From: Octopus sinensis | Lineage: Eukaryota | Direction of reading: 5' to 3' | Assembly: GCF_006345805.1 (NCBI RefSeq) | Contig: NC_043009.1 | Location: 29,760,001 to 29,824,000 of the forward strand | DNA: 64,000 bases | Shown here: positions 49,961 to 62,841 of the stretch, piece by piece | Numbering within the stretch: position 1 is the first letter of the stretch | How the letters are laid out: each line of letters opens with the position of its first letter | Translations under genes and position numbers: made by a program | The notes under the pieces: model-generated | What the model saw: the letters and a program-made list of their open reading frames with translations, nothing else | What the model was told of the DNA's origin: nothing | Database searches by the model: none

Positions 49961-51389
49961 GTTAAGGCTCTCTCTCAATAGTAGTTCATAAAGACAATTT
50001 CTTAGATCAAATCTTTATTTTGTTATTATAGTTCTTAAGATGCTACGAAAAGAATAACGTCCTGTAAGTGATGTCAGTTCATACCGACCAATTTTTACTG
50101 TCGTTTTATTATTTCTAAAAAAAATGTAACATGCATGTTAAAATAACGTCGCAAAAATGCAATTGGTAATATCTATTGCCATTTGTGGTCATTGTTTGTT
50201 TAAAATCTGGTTGTTTCCTTTTTAGGAACTAGAGCTCGAAGTCATTTCAAGATCGATTAGATTTATGCCTCAACTTTACAAAGCTCATTAACCTTATATC
50301 AATTATATTCAGCTAATTTATCACAACCCAACTTTTACGAATGCTGAACTGTGAGCAATGCCACAGGAAATAAAACTTTGCTCAAATATATATTCTCTAC
50401 TTAACAAGATGTATTACAATTTCTGGTTTGTGAGTTCATCAGACTTTATTTGATATATCTCAAAGAGATCTAAGTATGTGCTTTACAGATTTCTATCTCG
50501 GAATCGACATTGCCGTATTGGCTCAGATGAACCAGATTATTCGGCACTGTGGGTCACAACCACTTCGAAAAAACGTGTCCAGTGACCCATCGGGATATTG
50601 AACGAAACCCGGTGTTTTTAATACATAAGTCTCTTTGAGAAGATTCTCTGGGGACAAAATATAACAGCTTGTGCTGTTCCACATTTGTATACACAGTATA
50701 AATATCATATACACCAGTATTTTATTTAAAGAAATATTTATAATTGCTTATATTGATATATGCAAAACTAAGCCATATCTCTAGTGTATATATCTGGTTC
50801 TTCTAAATATTACACAAAATACTCTGGAGTTACTAATCGTCGATATTTGGATTACTTTATTTTTGAAATGATAATGAAGGAGGTTTTACAACATGTAATG
50901 AAACTATGTATTTCTAAGTGCCGTAAACCTGTCTTTCTTGTTTATATAAATATCGTTAAAAATAATCTGTCACACTCGAATAATTTTCCTCTTTACTTTT
51001 ATAGCATTTCTTTACGAGACAGAGATCATAACAGAAATTCTCTCTACAAATCAACACAAATTTAATAAAAGTACATTGTGCAACGATTTTTCAAAATTTT
51101 CATAAACAAACAAATAAATCTTTTTTCAGACATCTAAGCAAATACCCAGCCGAGAAGCAAGCCAGTCAGCCATACAGTCAGTCAACAATCCAGCCAGCCA
51201 ACTATTATCAATATGATCGTTCGCTGGTCAAATCAGAAAAGTAAAAATTAAGCATTGTTGGGCAAAATTATACATGGCTGAAAATACTAATGAAAATAAC
51301 AATTTTCGTGAATATTATTTTGAAATATAGGAAGTATAGTTATTATTTTCTCTAGCGTAAGATTTGACTGCAAAACCGTCATCAGTGGA

Positions 51390-51450
51390 AATGATGATGA
51401 TGACGACAACAATGACGACGACGACGACGATGATGACGACGACGACAATA
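51390..51450. repeat. (GAT)n(GAC)n microsatellite
   Basis: Read directly from the sequence. Confidence 0.9.
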
Positions 51451-52476
51451 GAGATGAGTTGATGAGAGAAAAAAAGAAAAACATCCACAATCGTAGGAGT
51501 AAAATCACGTATTAAATAACAGTCTAAATTGCTAAAGGTTCGTTGCCAGCACTTAAAAAAGGACGAAACCAATTATAGCTGAAGTTGACTTTGATATTTC
51601 GTACAGAAGATCAATCACATCTATTTTTTTATTTGTTTTTTATCGTTTTTTTCTATTAAAAACAAAACAGGCAAAGTAATCTTCGTAAAAGTTGGTTGAT
51701 CATGATATCGTATGTCATAGATCAAAAGTCCAGTTAGGATTATAAATGCAATGTCGTAAATTGAAACCATATCTAGAATTTCCAAATTCCCTTGGTGACA
51801 ATTTCTGCATGAAGTCAATGCAGATATTTTCATAATTGATATAAAACAATAACAAAGATGACAGGTTGAGAAAATGAAATAAAAGGAAAATTAAAGTTTG
51901 AATGGCGACGCCGAATGTGAAAGTAACAAAGGAAAAGCATAGCACAGAAATGTCATTATGATTTATGAACATCTTGAATCACATAGACACGGGCAAATAG
52001 ATAAATTCTTATATATGCTCAAACATTCCTACTCACACGCAGAAAAGGAATATATCTCAACGTAGTCGCGAAGTCATTTTTGAGATCCTCACGCAATCTT
52101 CCCTGCCGCAACGCTGACAACTCATCGTATTCCCTCCACTATTATTAGCGGTCACTCTGTGTCTTCACGGGTCTTGGACGTCCACCAACTGAAAGATTTA
52201 CCACGTGTTCTAGCGTTTGCAAAGTCTTACCAGAACACTAGTGCCACTAAATTTTACGGCGCCTTTTTATCATATGGCCTGACCATCTAACTTTCCTCCC
52301 TTCTCAATATTAGCTTGATAATGAAGAATATTGTGAGAAAAATGTTTCTTATGTAGTCATACTTGTCAATGATTTATAGGGACACCGTATTTCATGATAC
52401 AACTATGTATCATGATATTAAATTAGTTATTATGGTGTATTGTTGTGCCATTCAAAACGCATTATCTTTTATATAC

Positions 52477-52508
<32 letters not shown>

Positions 52509-52544
52509 GTATGTGCATGTATGCATGCATATACACACATTTAT

Positions 52545-53180
52545 ATTTATACATGTATTGTTGGTCTCACATACGTAGTGTATGTGCTTTGTTTATACGC
52601 CCATTTGCTGCAGATAAGCGTCCTGTGGAAGCTCTGTACACGGCGCCAAATGTTAAAGAACACTGAAGCCCCAGACCCGTCGACTCAATTCGCCTCGAGA
52701 TGGTTGAGAATGATAGCTACCGATATTTCACCAAGTCTGAAACTCACGGTATCCTGATCTCGAAACAACACGAAACGAAATGAATTGTCCTCCTGCGCCA
52801 TATATAATGGAAATAGTGTGCAATTTATTTGTGGATGTGCTGAGACATAGCAGATGTAGAAAGACTCACTTTAGGAACGTTCAGTGTTCTTTAATATTAG
52901 AAACTATTTTGTAGCAAATGTGTGCATACACAAAACACATGTACCATGTATGCACCACCGATAATGTTTAAATTATTAGAGGCGCTTTTGTTTCGTAATT
53001 TAGCTTTCGTTTTAGATGTGTTACGACGCAGCACATCAGCAAATGAACTTCGCAGTATTACATATATATCGCAGGCCAGCAATTCATTTCGTTTCGGGGC
53101 GTTTCAAGCACGTGACCGACGAACCAAAACAATAGCGAAAGGTCAATGTCTATAGCCTCTTGATTATCTTGAGGCGAGTT
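52545..53180. repeat. Interleaved inverted repeats A-B-A'-B' (unclassified ~300-bp element, two opposed copies)
   Basis: A (about 52545-52667) is the reverse complement of A' (about 52880-52975); B (about 52688-52878) is the reverse complement of B' (about 52985-53180), e.g. gaaacgaaatgaattg at 52772 vs caattcatttcgtttc at 53080. Confidence 0.8.
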
Positions 53181-56100
53181 CTTTCACCTTGTTTTGGACA
53201 GTCAACACGTGTGTGTATGTGTGTGCATGCATGCGTGCTTGTGTGTATGTGTGTGTGTATGTGTGTGTGTCTGTGAGTGTGTGCGTGTGTGGTTGTGTGA
53301 TTTTTAGATATTCACAGTCAAAGTTTCCTGTTGCTGAATTACTCCGCATTTATTTAAATTCTCACGCGTAATCAGATCTTTCAGGCTTTCTGTATAGAAG
53401 AAGGGCAGAGAGATACAGTGATCCAAACTTCCACAACTAAATAACTTTGCTAAAGTTATGTGGAGAATTACTCTTTTGCATTTTTACAAATGAATCAGTC
53501 GGTAAATTCTGATGAAGCTGAACCAAACTCCCGCCCTTATTCGGAAAATTATCTTTAAAGTTGGTATCGATCAATATTTGTAAATTTAAACTTGACAACT
53601 ATCAGAGATCAAGGCAGTGGAATTTAAGGACATTTAATTGTGAGGACAGGTAATATCTGCAGAGATGACATTAAGTAAATTATAAAACCAACAGAGGATG
53701 CCAGCCCTTTAATTATAACTCTACAATCATATGAATTAATGTCGTAGTTGGCTTAATGTCGAATGAATGTCGTAGCAGCGTATTTTTGTAAAATCTCGGT
53801 CCAAATGAGAGAGATAATTCATTTGAAATTGATTAGTTTGATAATGATGTATTATTTACACTGAAATCCTTTTAGATTTTCTTCAAGGACCGCAAAGGAA
53901 AAAATATGAAGTTTTAACTTTTCAGTGTTTCTTAGTCTACTTGGGGGAATAATGAAATTCATCATATATGCGGAGACGTCTGGTCCAAAGGCCTGCAGCT
54001 TTCGTTAAATACTCCCAAGGACCAAGTGGTGATCGTTGAGTCAGGGAACGGATAAAGTCTATTACCAAAGAATTCAAAACCTAAAGAGTCTTTCTCCTTA
54101 AGTTCTAAAAATTCTGACAATACCCTGTCCAGGATGGTATTTCAGTAAATTAACTCTGAATATGTGTGCTGTTGGTCTCAGTGAGATTTGATCTTAAAGC
54201 GAGGCCAAAATATTATAATGTAATTTCCCTAAACTCTAATGAGTCTGCCAATTTGCCATTGAATAATGCTTGCTGTCATGAAATATATTGAATGCAGTCA
54301 GATAAATTGACTACCGTTTTTACGAGCACTTATTGTAGCAAACCACGGGAGATGGGTTTGATGTAATATGTCCTTCTAGAGGGAATTAACTTAGAATGTA
54401 GTGTGATAAAACAGAAAGCTATAAGAAATATTGTTTGTTAAGCGACCATTTTTGACACTAAATATTAAATCATAAGAATATAAATAGTAGATAAGATAAT
54501 AACCGTTTGTTAATGATCAACTTAAAATAAATATTTCCATCTAACCTACACAATTTTCTTTTTCAGAAAATATTCACATAATAAAATGTTGGTTATCTGC
54601 CAATCTATGGCTTTTTATTGTTGTATCTGACTCTGTCCCCAGTTCCAACGAATTTTGTCATATCTGCAAGAGTCATTTTATTACATTTTATTACCTGTAT
54701 ATCTGCTATGTCATATCTCCCATGTTATAAACCAATGTGTTATCTTTTATGTTATATTTATTATATTAACAATTTTTTTATTGATCTGAAAACTCTAGCT
54801 ATCTAGGAATTTATTGTCCTCCTTTTCTCAACGTTGTTCTGTTGTGCTCAAAGACGTAACACACTCTCAGCTCAAATATTTCCGCTTCTGCCTCACTGCA
54901 AAGCTTGTGTAACAACTGAGAAAATTTTGGTAAGTTTGATGTATGTTCACAGTGTTCAATTTTGTATGACATAAAGGTCTTCCATGCTAGGTTTCCCCGC
55001 GATTCAGATGAAGAACAGAAAAATAAAAATTAAATTATTGTCGGAAAATCCAATTGCTTCATCGTGTTTATTAATTTTAGTCTGTGAGGCATGATGGAGG
55101 ATAGATTAAAGTGATTGATATCCCAATGAAGATGTAATGTGACCAAATAAATTAATTTCAATCAATACTTAATCATATTTTAACCAGGTTCATGGGGGAA
55201 AAATTGGAAAGGGAGAGTCTAAATCACTGATTCTCATTAAAGGTTTGACTAGATTGAAAGGGGGCGGACAAATTGCTATAGTTAATAAAATTTAGATGTT
55301 TTTATACATTTTTGAACATGTCAAACGCCCTGATGAGGAATAAAAAAATTATAGGGATGCAAATACTGTTTTGTGCTTTCGTGAATAAAACAGAGAGGAG
55401 AGAATTTCGTTTTTATCCTGGCGATAGGAAGCTGGTATTAGTCTGAGTGAGAACCAGTGATTTAGAAAGTCTACCAGGATATTCCAGTCCTTGAAAGAAA
55501 TCAATAAATCTTGGGCTTGTTCTATTGCTTTGGATAATGTTGTCTCTCGAAATAAACACCAGATATATATGTTCTACGGCATGACTCCGCTTCTATACTC
55601 ACTACTCAGTATTAATTCTTCAAATATATTTCACAGTGAAATATGTTCACTATTTAAATAGTTTAATTTCTATATACTATCATTTAAATATAGCAATATA
55701 TGTTATGCAGCAATTCATGCATGGCCGTCGGGTTATGAAGCCCTTAGAATGTATTTAAGCTTGTGCCTTACCCCACCGCTTGAAATTGATTATTGTTTGA
55801 TTACGTCACCGAAACACAGCGTTACAATTACAGAGTGCGATAAAATAGGTGCAAGGCTTTTCAAAAATAAATACCGGGAACAATTTCCTTGAATGAAATT
55901 CTTTCAAACAGTTCCATAGTATGGCTGAAGTCCACTGACTCAAATAAGAGGAAAGACCTACTTTAATACGTGAGGTATGTTATACTCAGAGTGTTTTGAT
56001 AGGGCAAGCTATGGTATGTTAAAACACCCTACAATAATGACAAATTCATGACAACACACACTTTGTAAAATATATACTCGATGTTGGAAGCGAAAATATA

Positions 56101-56639
56101 TGTAAAAGAAAAAAAAAACGATCAAATGTTCTACAAGCTATCATTTATTATAATTTGTGCAAGTGTGAGCCAGTACAACTGTTACAGAGAAAGTTTCAGG
56201 TTCGATTCTTATCTCAGTATACTTTATCCCCGTCATTTTCATACTAGACATCCTTACCTTTATTTCTTCTTTAACAGCGATTTCTCAGCAACACGCATCT
56301 CTTTTCCGTCCAGTTGATCTCTCTCACTGTCCGATTTGTCCAGCCTCACTTCCAAATATCTTATAAATTTATGAAATATAATATATTGTTCATTACATCG
56401 GTTGTATATTATCGTCTGACATAAGATTTTCAAATAAATCGCCGAAAAAATAATATATAATACTTAAGATTAAACTTTCGAAATGAAAAGCAGATTGACT
56501 CAATATATTTTTCATAAATTTCTTTCATTGCTGCAATATTCTTCAGACTTGTAATATCTTTCCATGATGATATTTCAAAATGATTTTCATTTAGATTTTT
56601 CGGATATACTCAAGGAAAAAAAACAACAATATTTTATAA

Positions 56640-56785
56640 TTTATAAATATATATATTATATGTATGTGTGCGTGCCAGTGTGTACGTTTCTGTGTATGTA
56701 TACGACTTACTCAGTACTTACATCTATGCAACATATTCACACATATATATACACATGCACAAACACAGGCATACATGCAAACTCG

Positions 56786-56816
<31 letters not shown>

Positions 56817-56859
56817 GTATAGAGAGTGCATGTGTGCGTGAAAGAGAGAAAGAAAGAGG

Positions 56860-56896
<37 letters not shown>

Positions 56897-56920
56897 CATA
56901 TATAAAGTAACATATATATG
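56640..56920. repeat. Mixed (TA)/(TG)/(CA)/(GA) microsatellite
   Basis: Read directly from the sequence. Confidence 0.85.
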
Positions 56921-58894
56921 GACAAAAAACAATGTGAAATTTATGTCCTGCCACATTTGAAACTCAAAGAAGCACGTGTTCTTATACGTACACATAATTA
57001 CATATACAATATCGCTACAAAGGGCATGTAAAGGTATAAGCCTCTTTCCTTTCTATTCAATTCAAACTACGTTTTTTGAACAAAAGTTACACACTGGCTG
57101 CTGTACAGATTCCCCCAGATCGCATCGACAATTTCCTCTTAGGTCTTCGTGTTGCCTTAACTTTGTCTCAATACAAGGATACACACTGTTTGCCATCTCA
57201 GATTTACAGCACTCAGAAATTAACTTTTTCCTATCAAGCCAAGATTTTTCCATTTTTTGATGTACAAAACATAAGATTTATCTGCATTATAGTTAGAAAA
57301 CGTTTATGGTTATAGACCTCAGGTGCACGGCCATGCATTCTGAATAATTTATAAGAAACTTTTCAGAGGTAAGATATAAGATCTCTAAGTTAAACGGATT
57401 ATAATTAAAATTCAAGTTCGATTCCTATACAGAGTATGTGTGTGGACGAATGCCTTGTAAGTGGAGTTATGGAGTCTGATACGGTATACAACATACACAC
57501 ACACACAAAGTATACATACATGAAAATAATTAGCAAGGGATAACTGTGAAGTAGATAAATGGAAAGAATGAATCGCAAATATAATGATAGGAAGAAAATA
57601 TGCTTTAGGTATCTTCCAGTTCTCTCCAAGAATCTCTAAACTTTTCTGTCTTACGCGATTTTTCAGTCTGTACAAAAAAAATCTTTTAATGTTTTGCATT
57701 AAATTAACTTTTAAGTTTGCGTTTGATAGTGTGTGTACCTGCCTTCTTCCATATTTCCTGACGATAATCTCTGTCCATTTTGAAAACTCAACCTTAGTAA
57801 TTAAATAAAGATTGATTAAATATGTAGGTATCTGAAATAAGTGTTGAGGTTGCTATGAACGACCACAACTCTTGGAGGTTTGCCCGTCTATAACGCGTAT
57901 TCAACTGTATAACATATACGTGTAATAATAGACAGCGTTTGTGTGGCGTAGTGTTTGGATTATCTAGCGAAAGAAAGATTGGAGTGGGCAAGGACTATGA
58001 ATGTTCGTTAGCACCTTTGTGTGGGAGTAGTTGTAAATGCACGTTATTCGAAGGGTGGAAATTTGTGATTAGTTAAATGGAAACAAATTTATTTCTGCCG
58101 CTCTAATATATGTAACCAGTTCTGAAACTGTACTCTCGTATTTACGGGAGGGACCGCAGACAATAACTTTTAAATGAGAAGATACATTACGCCACATTAA
58201 AGAGAAAATAAGTATGTTCCGAATTATTTAGTTTCATCAGCTATTGATATTTGATTGATCTGGTCAGGGAGAGCTATCTAGACTTTGCTCAAGGGCAACA
58301 AAACCAGTAACAACAAGCGTAAATGAAGTGTTTTTGCTATTTCATTACATATCTTACTGAATGGATATCTACCTGCATTTTGTTTCAGAGAAATTGCTTT
58401 GCTAAACAGAGATCAATCAATTTTAGTTTACTTCTCTGTTTCCGCTTTGGAATCAATCAATTATTGAAGTCTGTTTTCACTATTATCATTGATTCCCTTA
58501 TACCCGTTCTTAATTCTAATCGCTGCCTCACGCCTCCGCTCTTCATTCTTTGGCAATAGCCAATAACAGAGAGTTGCAACTGGCTGAGTAAAAATGGTAA
58601 ACTGATCAATGCTTAACTCTTTCCTATTAATGGTGGAGTGCAACAATCATTCACAAAATATTTAACTCTAACTAACTCATTACAGTAAACAGAAGATAGG
58701 CATCATAGTAGGTACGCCTTGAAAGAGATGCGAGGTTATAATCTACAATTTGAAAGAAACCTCTACAAATAACTGCTAAATTCCTTTTAAAGTATCCACC
58801 CCAGTCTTGGGAAGGAATACATCAGTCTATTTGGTCAGTACATTATTCTTTCTTGAACATAACGTATCCATTGTTGAAATGGCAACGATAATCA

Positions 58895-59104
58895 TTTCTC
58901 CAATAGGCACAAGGCCTGAAATTTGTGGAGACGGGAATAATCAATTACATCGACCCCTCACTCAACTGGTAATTATTTTATCGACCCCGAGAGGATGAGA
59001 GGCAAAGTCTACCTCGGAGGAATTTGAACTCAGTACGTGAAGACGGACGAAATACCGCTGAGCATTTTACCCAACGTGGTAACGATTCTGCCAGCTCACC
59101 GCTT
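58895..59104 (-). mobile_element. SINE family A, near full length
   Basis: aggcacaaggcc tail; atcgaccccgagaggatgagaggcaaagtctacctcggaggaatttgaactcag core; aacgattctgccagctcaccgctt head. Confidence 0.9.
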
Positions 59105-59109
59105 TGCTG

Positions 59110-59340
59110 CCCCACTGCCAAGTCGCAGCCCCGCTGCCCGATCGCCGCCCCGCTGCCATGTTGCCGCCCCGCTTGCAGGTCACCGTCCCGCTGCCAGGTC
59201 ACCACCCCGTTGCCAGTTTACCGCCCCGCTGCCTGGTCGCCATCCCATTGCCAGGTCACCCCCCCCGCTGCCCGGTCGCCGCCCCGATGCCAGGTCGCCG
59301 CCCCGATCCCCGGTCGCCGCTCCGCTGCCAGCTTGCTGCC
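59110..59340. repeat. GC-rich 19-bp minisatellite, about 12 units, consensus CCCCGCTGCCAGGTCGCCG
   Basis: (c/t/a)tgcc anchor at 59115, 59134, 59153, 59172, 59191, 59210, 59229, 59248, 59268, 59287, 59306, 59325 (period 19, one 20). Confidence 0.95.
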
Positions 59341-59464
59341 CTGTTATCAGCTCGCCACTCTTAATGGCAATAATAATGAGCATGCATGATCAGAACCTGG
59401 TGCGACCTACACAACAACGGCAAAAACAACAATAGTCTCAACTAGTCCGCCTTGCCACAAAGCT

Positions 59465-59645
59465 TGCTAGAGATAGAAGCCATGTATCCACAAAATCACA
59501 CACTATCATTTTAAGATGAAAGAAAATTCACACATGCTGTAATCCTAATTACCCATAGAAAATGGAGTGATCGTTACGCGTGGAATGTCTTTGATAATAA
59601 GTCTTTCTATTTTAGGTTGGCGAAGAGTTCAACAACAACAATAAC
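59465..59645 (+). mobile_element. Diverged SINE-like 3' end with (CAA)n tail
   Basis: gctagagatagaagcca..aaatcacac; related reverse fragment near 63160-63205; ends caacaacaacaataac. Confidence 0.5.
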
Positions 59646-61964
59646 GTGAACAACAGTTTAAAACGATTCTCTGTGTCTCTCTAGCTTCGAGTCCATTTTC
59701 ACATAACTAATTGCCAGACAAGAATTTCCAATGAGGTTGATCAGCATCGCTTTCAATGTTAGGCCAGTTTCGCTATATAAGCTTCATATAATGTCTGCCT
59801 GATGACAGTTTATTCGACAATAAACAGATGAAGTACAAATATCCACTACCAAGGCGAAGCCTTACTTTAATGTAAGGAATATCATGATGACTATATTAAA
59901 CACACACAAGCACCACATTTACTGGAGGATTATGCTTGCTGAGAATATATAAGCTGTTTCTTTCATCGATTTCGGTTTCCAGTGTGGTTTTCTGTCAATT
60001 AATGACACTTCTTTTCATAACAGTGATTTTTCCCCATTGCTGTATATAATGTTAATCTTTTCATCTTATCAAACCTCAATTCACAATTCTCCATTCATAC
60101 CTTCTTACAGTCGTTGATAATTGAGCTTTTAATCATTGCACAACTGGCCATTCTATTGATGTTGTTTTCATTTAATATTACCTGACCTTTTACCGTCTAT
60201 GCCAGTAACGTTAATGGAATCTATTACGACATTAACTATTAAATATATGTGACAGATTCTAACTTTGGTTTATGAGGTTTTGTGTAAACTATTCCTTATT
60301 TTGGATCAAATTCTATGAAACCTTAACTCACAGGAATATTATTTTCTGTGTCAGGCTATTATTGTGTAAAATATTTTAACTTATTGCTATAACCTATTCG
60401 TTGTTATTGTTTAAGAAACCTTTTCTTTATGTTCTTTTGGAAAAAAATGTCCATTAACATACAAAATATAGGATAGATTGGTCTTCTAAAAGAAAATACA
60501 TCAACTGCCATTTTAAATGCGGAAATCACAGAAATATTGCTGCTACAGTTATTGACGTGAGGTGAAAATGATATTGGTCTAATCTTAACGGAATTAATGG
60601 AACTCTTCTAGAGTTGTCATCTAAGAGTTCCTTCAATTACGATCAAAATCAATAAACATTTCATTAATTGCTGTTGGTTAAAGACCTATTCATCAAAGTG
60701 GCCATTTTCTGCTGCAGAATCTACTTGGATAAGCAGGTCAGAAGGATATCAAATATTCCATATTTTCTAATATCAACAGATGATTATCTTTGAGAAATTC
60801 TCATCAATGTTATAATATTCCCTCTCTACTGGTTTTCTTTAAACGGTGTACAGTGTTTATATTACTCTGTAATACAACTTGTTACTATACATTAATACAA
60901 CATAAGCCACCAGGGCCCATTAAGCCAGGCGTTATTTCCAACTTTAGCCAAGGTTTTCCAGAAGTGATATGATTTCGCCTTGTTCTTTACTCTTGTTTTT
61001 ATATTATTTCTTCCTAATTAGAGTAGCAGAAATAATGGAACTAAATATTGCATAAGATACAGAGTACCCGAGCGCAACAATAAATTACGTGCAATGCAAT
61101 GAAACTTCCATAGTAAAACAATCCATAACCCATAAAGTGGTACCCAAATCCGTTAACATCTCAACTATGACTTTTCTATATATTCACAATAAGGATTAAT
61201 TATAGCGATCATTTTATCTCGGTGAAATATACTTACTATCTATTTCATATTAATTCCATTATTTATTTGAAAAGACAGTGACGTCTGCTGAGAAGAAACG
61301 GATATAGATTACGAACAAGTTGCGTCATTTGCCTATGTACGTCTATAATTGCACATTATACGAAATAACATACTCAGAGATTTCAGGCAACACTTGCTTC
61401 TAAAAAATAATATATCCGTTGATATAAAGGAATATATTTCTCTTTTGCAAATTACTAAGCGAGTAAGTAGCCATTTTATCTGTTCACAATGTCACTGTTC
61501 CTATAACCTCTCTTAGTAAACTGGATTGGCTATGTAACATACTCCTGGCGGCTAGTTCCATATATAAATTACTGATTAGAGTTTGGTTTCAATAGTAGAT
61601 GCTACTTAAAATTTTTCGAATGTTTTTTAAAAATGTAAAGAGGATATTCCATCGCTGATACAAAGAAATATTTTGTAGATCAGTATAGCATTTTAAACAT
61701 TACATTTAAAACATTTGCACCCTTAATGAACTTAGTGACTGAACTGAGGTTTTTTGGCAAATCGGTTTGATTATTTTACTAAGGGTTTCACAATTGTAGG
61801 TTTTAGAATTAGTAACTTTGTGGACGGATAAAGAAGTTACTAAAGACATCTTAAGGCAGGGCGGAATTATGTCCCTTAAGCCCTGTTCATTTACTTAAAA
61901 ATTCTAGATTGCTGCATATGTCTACACAAGCTGGATTTGCTAAAACTATCTCTCGGTCTCTCTG

Positions 61965-61999
<35 letters not shown>

Positions 62000-62137
62000 C
62001 CAATCTATCCGCCCTTTCTCTCTATATGTATATATATATATATATATCATTCAGTATATGTGTGTGTGCTCGTGCGTGCGTGTGTGTAAGTATATGTATC
62101 GATAGCACATCAATGAACTTGTCACTTCTCATATGCG

Positions 62138-62650
62138 ATGCTTGCGTACTCCAACATAAAACTGAGGGACCATATTCATAACAGTGTGCTACAAACGAAA
62201 AGCAACATATCAGGTATTGAAGCCATCCGCATCAAAATACAGCTTAGATTGTCAGGTCATCTCTCACGTATGAGTGATATCAGAATTCCGAAGCAACTTA
62301 TCTTTGGACAATTCCCAGCAGGAAGCTCAGTTGAAAGGTGCTTCAAAGACAAATTAATTACAATCTAAAGCGATGCAACATTCTATTTTCTTGCTGCTAA
62401 AACAAAATATCAGAACACAGGACCTGGCATTTGCCCTGTATCTCCTCATTTCAAAGATTTGAGTAAAGTCGACTACATAATCAAGACAAATTTCGTGCAA
62501 GCATGAAGACACGATGGCAAACCACTGGTCCTCCAAATTGAAACCTTACCTGTCGTTGTGGTTGTTTTTGGCACGAACCAAAGCAGGCCTTGGCGTCCAC
62601 TCAAGAAAACACATAGTAAATTATCCACAAGCACTCGAGAAGCCTGAGTT
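62138..62650 (+). mobile_element. Decayed RTE (BovB-like) LINE ORF2 3' end
   Basis: IKLRDHIHNSVLQTKSNISGIEAIRIKIQLRLSGHLSRMSDIRIPKQLIFGQ matches the RTE pattern (I.W.D...N..VL....I......QLRW.GH..RM...R.PK.L.YG.L); ends TCRCGCFW../ARTKAGLGVHSRKH finger relic, then a stop. Confidence 0.85.
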
Positions 62651-62793
62651 CTCAAATTGTTCCATTTTCCAAAAGGTTTGCAATGAACCAGATGCCTCAA
62701 GCGACACATTTGTGTCTATAGAACATGATTACTGCTTTATTTTACTGAACCCCCATTTGTCGTTAACGACGAGAGAATCCATCATATATATAT

Positions 62794-62841
<48 letters not shown>

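Noticed and set aside
50523-50647. Minus-strand exon with strong acceptor and faint CUB-like LKTPGFVQYPDGSLD
   Set aside because: CUB cysteine/tryptophan spacing is not matched, the frame stops, and there is no convincing donor.
52050-52285. CpG-richer stretch with faint RTE-like words (WSGH, GGRPR) on the minus strand
   Set aside because: The words are in different frames with many stops and the spacing does not fit; too weak to call.
52392-52415. Perfect 9-bp hairpin TCATGATAC-aactat-GTATCATGA
   Set aside because: Isolated, AT-rich and short; expected by chance in 64 kb.
54807-54929. Plus-strand 123-nt phase-0 exon candidate ending at GTAAGT
   Set aside because: Weak acceptor, no homology and no partner exons identified.
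59024-59435. Overlapping Pro/Ala/Arg-rich ORFs
   Set aside because: Product of the GC-rich 19-bp minisatellite plus SINE; the period is not a multiple of 3 and several frames are open.
60890-60985. Minus-strand AWLNGPWWL resembling the BEL/Pao 'WxxGPxWL' motif
   Set aside because: The upstream NPAD..SRG motif is absent and there are no other LTR-element domains nearby.
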